Source: Gammaproteobacteria bacterium (lineage in GTDB: Bacteria; Pseudomonadota; Gammaproteobacteria; Pseudomonadales; Pseudohongiellaceae). Taken from it: 64,000 bases of DNA. The stretch's first letter is position 1, and the number at the start of each line of letters is the position of its first letter. Below, piece after piece: positions 63,835 through 64,000 of the stretch. Where the stretch lies: contig JAESQX010000041.1 in NCBI GenBank assembly GCA_016764875.1, positions 85 to 64,084 of the forward strand. The letters are read 5' to 3'. Under the pieces are notes generated by a model. That model was not told the origin of the DNA. It saw only the letters and a list, made by a program, of their open reading frames with translations, and searched no databases. The position numbers and the translations under genes were made by a program.

Positions 63835-64000
63835 TTAACCGGTGCCAACATAGGGTATTAAACGGCCACACAGCAGTACGCCGGTCCAGGTTGTCAGTGA
63901 GGTGAAGGCAACAATTTTCGCCATCGGTGGAGAGTCAGCCGCTGGATCCCAGGTGCGCATGACCGGGCTCACCTTCCAGTGATATAGCAGGGCATTCAGC
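63835..64000 (-). CDS. 3' end of a gene running in from beyond the window (hydrophobic C-terminus)
   Basis: The minus-strand frame is open from the window edge to a TAA at 63835-63837. It translates as ...LNALLYHWKVSPVMRTWDPAADSPPMAKIVAFTSLTTWTGVLLCGRLIPYVGTG. It is not in the ORF track because no start lies inside the window. Confidence 0.4.
   Translation of the reverse strand, partial: LNALLYHWKVSPVMRTWDPAADSPPMAKIVAFTSLTTWTGVLLCGRLIPYVGTG

Overview
This window is the replication-origin region of a gammaproteobacterial chromosome, at roughly 45% G+C by hand counts. It is almost entirely conserved housekeeping genes. The gene order resembles the Pseudomonas-type origin neighbourhood as I remember it. 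From left to right:
- cox genes (ctaD, coxB) and cyoE
- znuCB/znuA, polA, engB, cytochrome c4, dsbA, prlC
- aroE, hemF, tsaC, purE, dprA, a LysM protein
- def, fmt, rsmB, trkAH, lpxL, glyQS, gmhB, plsC
- gyrB-recF-dnaN-dnaA on the minus strand
- a 496-bp dnaA/rpmH spacer holding two perfect DnaA boxes (candidate oriC)
- 22 consecutive plus-strand genes: rpmH-rnpA-yidD-yidC-mnmE, mnmG-rsmG-parAB, atpIBEFHAGDC, glmUS
- a less conserved tail at 57.5-64 kb: an RpiR/HexR-like regulator, a DUF482 acyltransferase, a DUF938 protein, yaaA, a small membrane protein, a VOC protein, a DUF6152 protein and an unknown secreted protein

I found no rRNA, tRNA, CRISPR array, transposase, integrase, phage gene or recognisable defence gene. 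I do not see a convincing new multi-gene system. The observations most worth a second look are:
- a Pol I whose three 3'-5' exonuclease motifs are degenerate
- two near-perfect parS sites inside recF
- an unusually AT-rich 450-bp mnmE/mnmG spacer carrying palindromes
- an apparent -1 frameshift at an A5 run in prlC
- a tsaC whose conserved N-terminus has no canonical start codon
- znuA and polA joined by a TAATG overlap downstream of a Zur-box-like palindrome
- a somewhat GC-richer pair of secreted proteins of unknown function at the right edge

All homology calls come from reading the translated ORFs and remembered family motifs. No searches were run.
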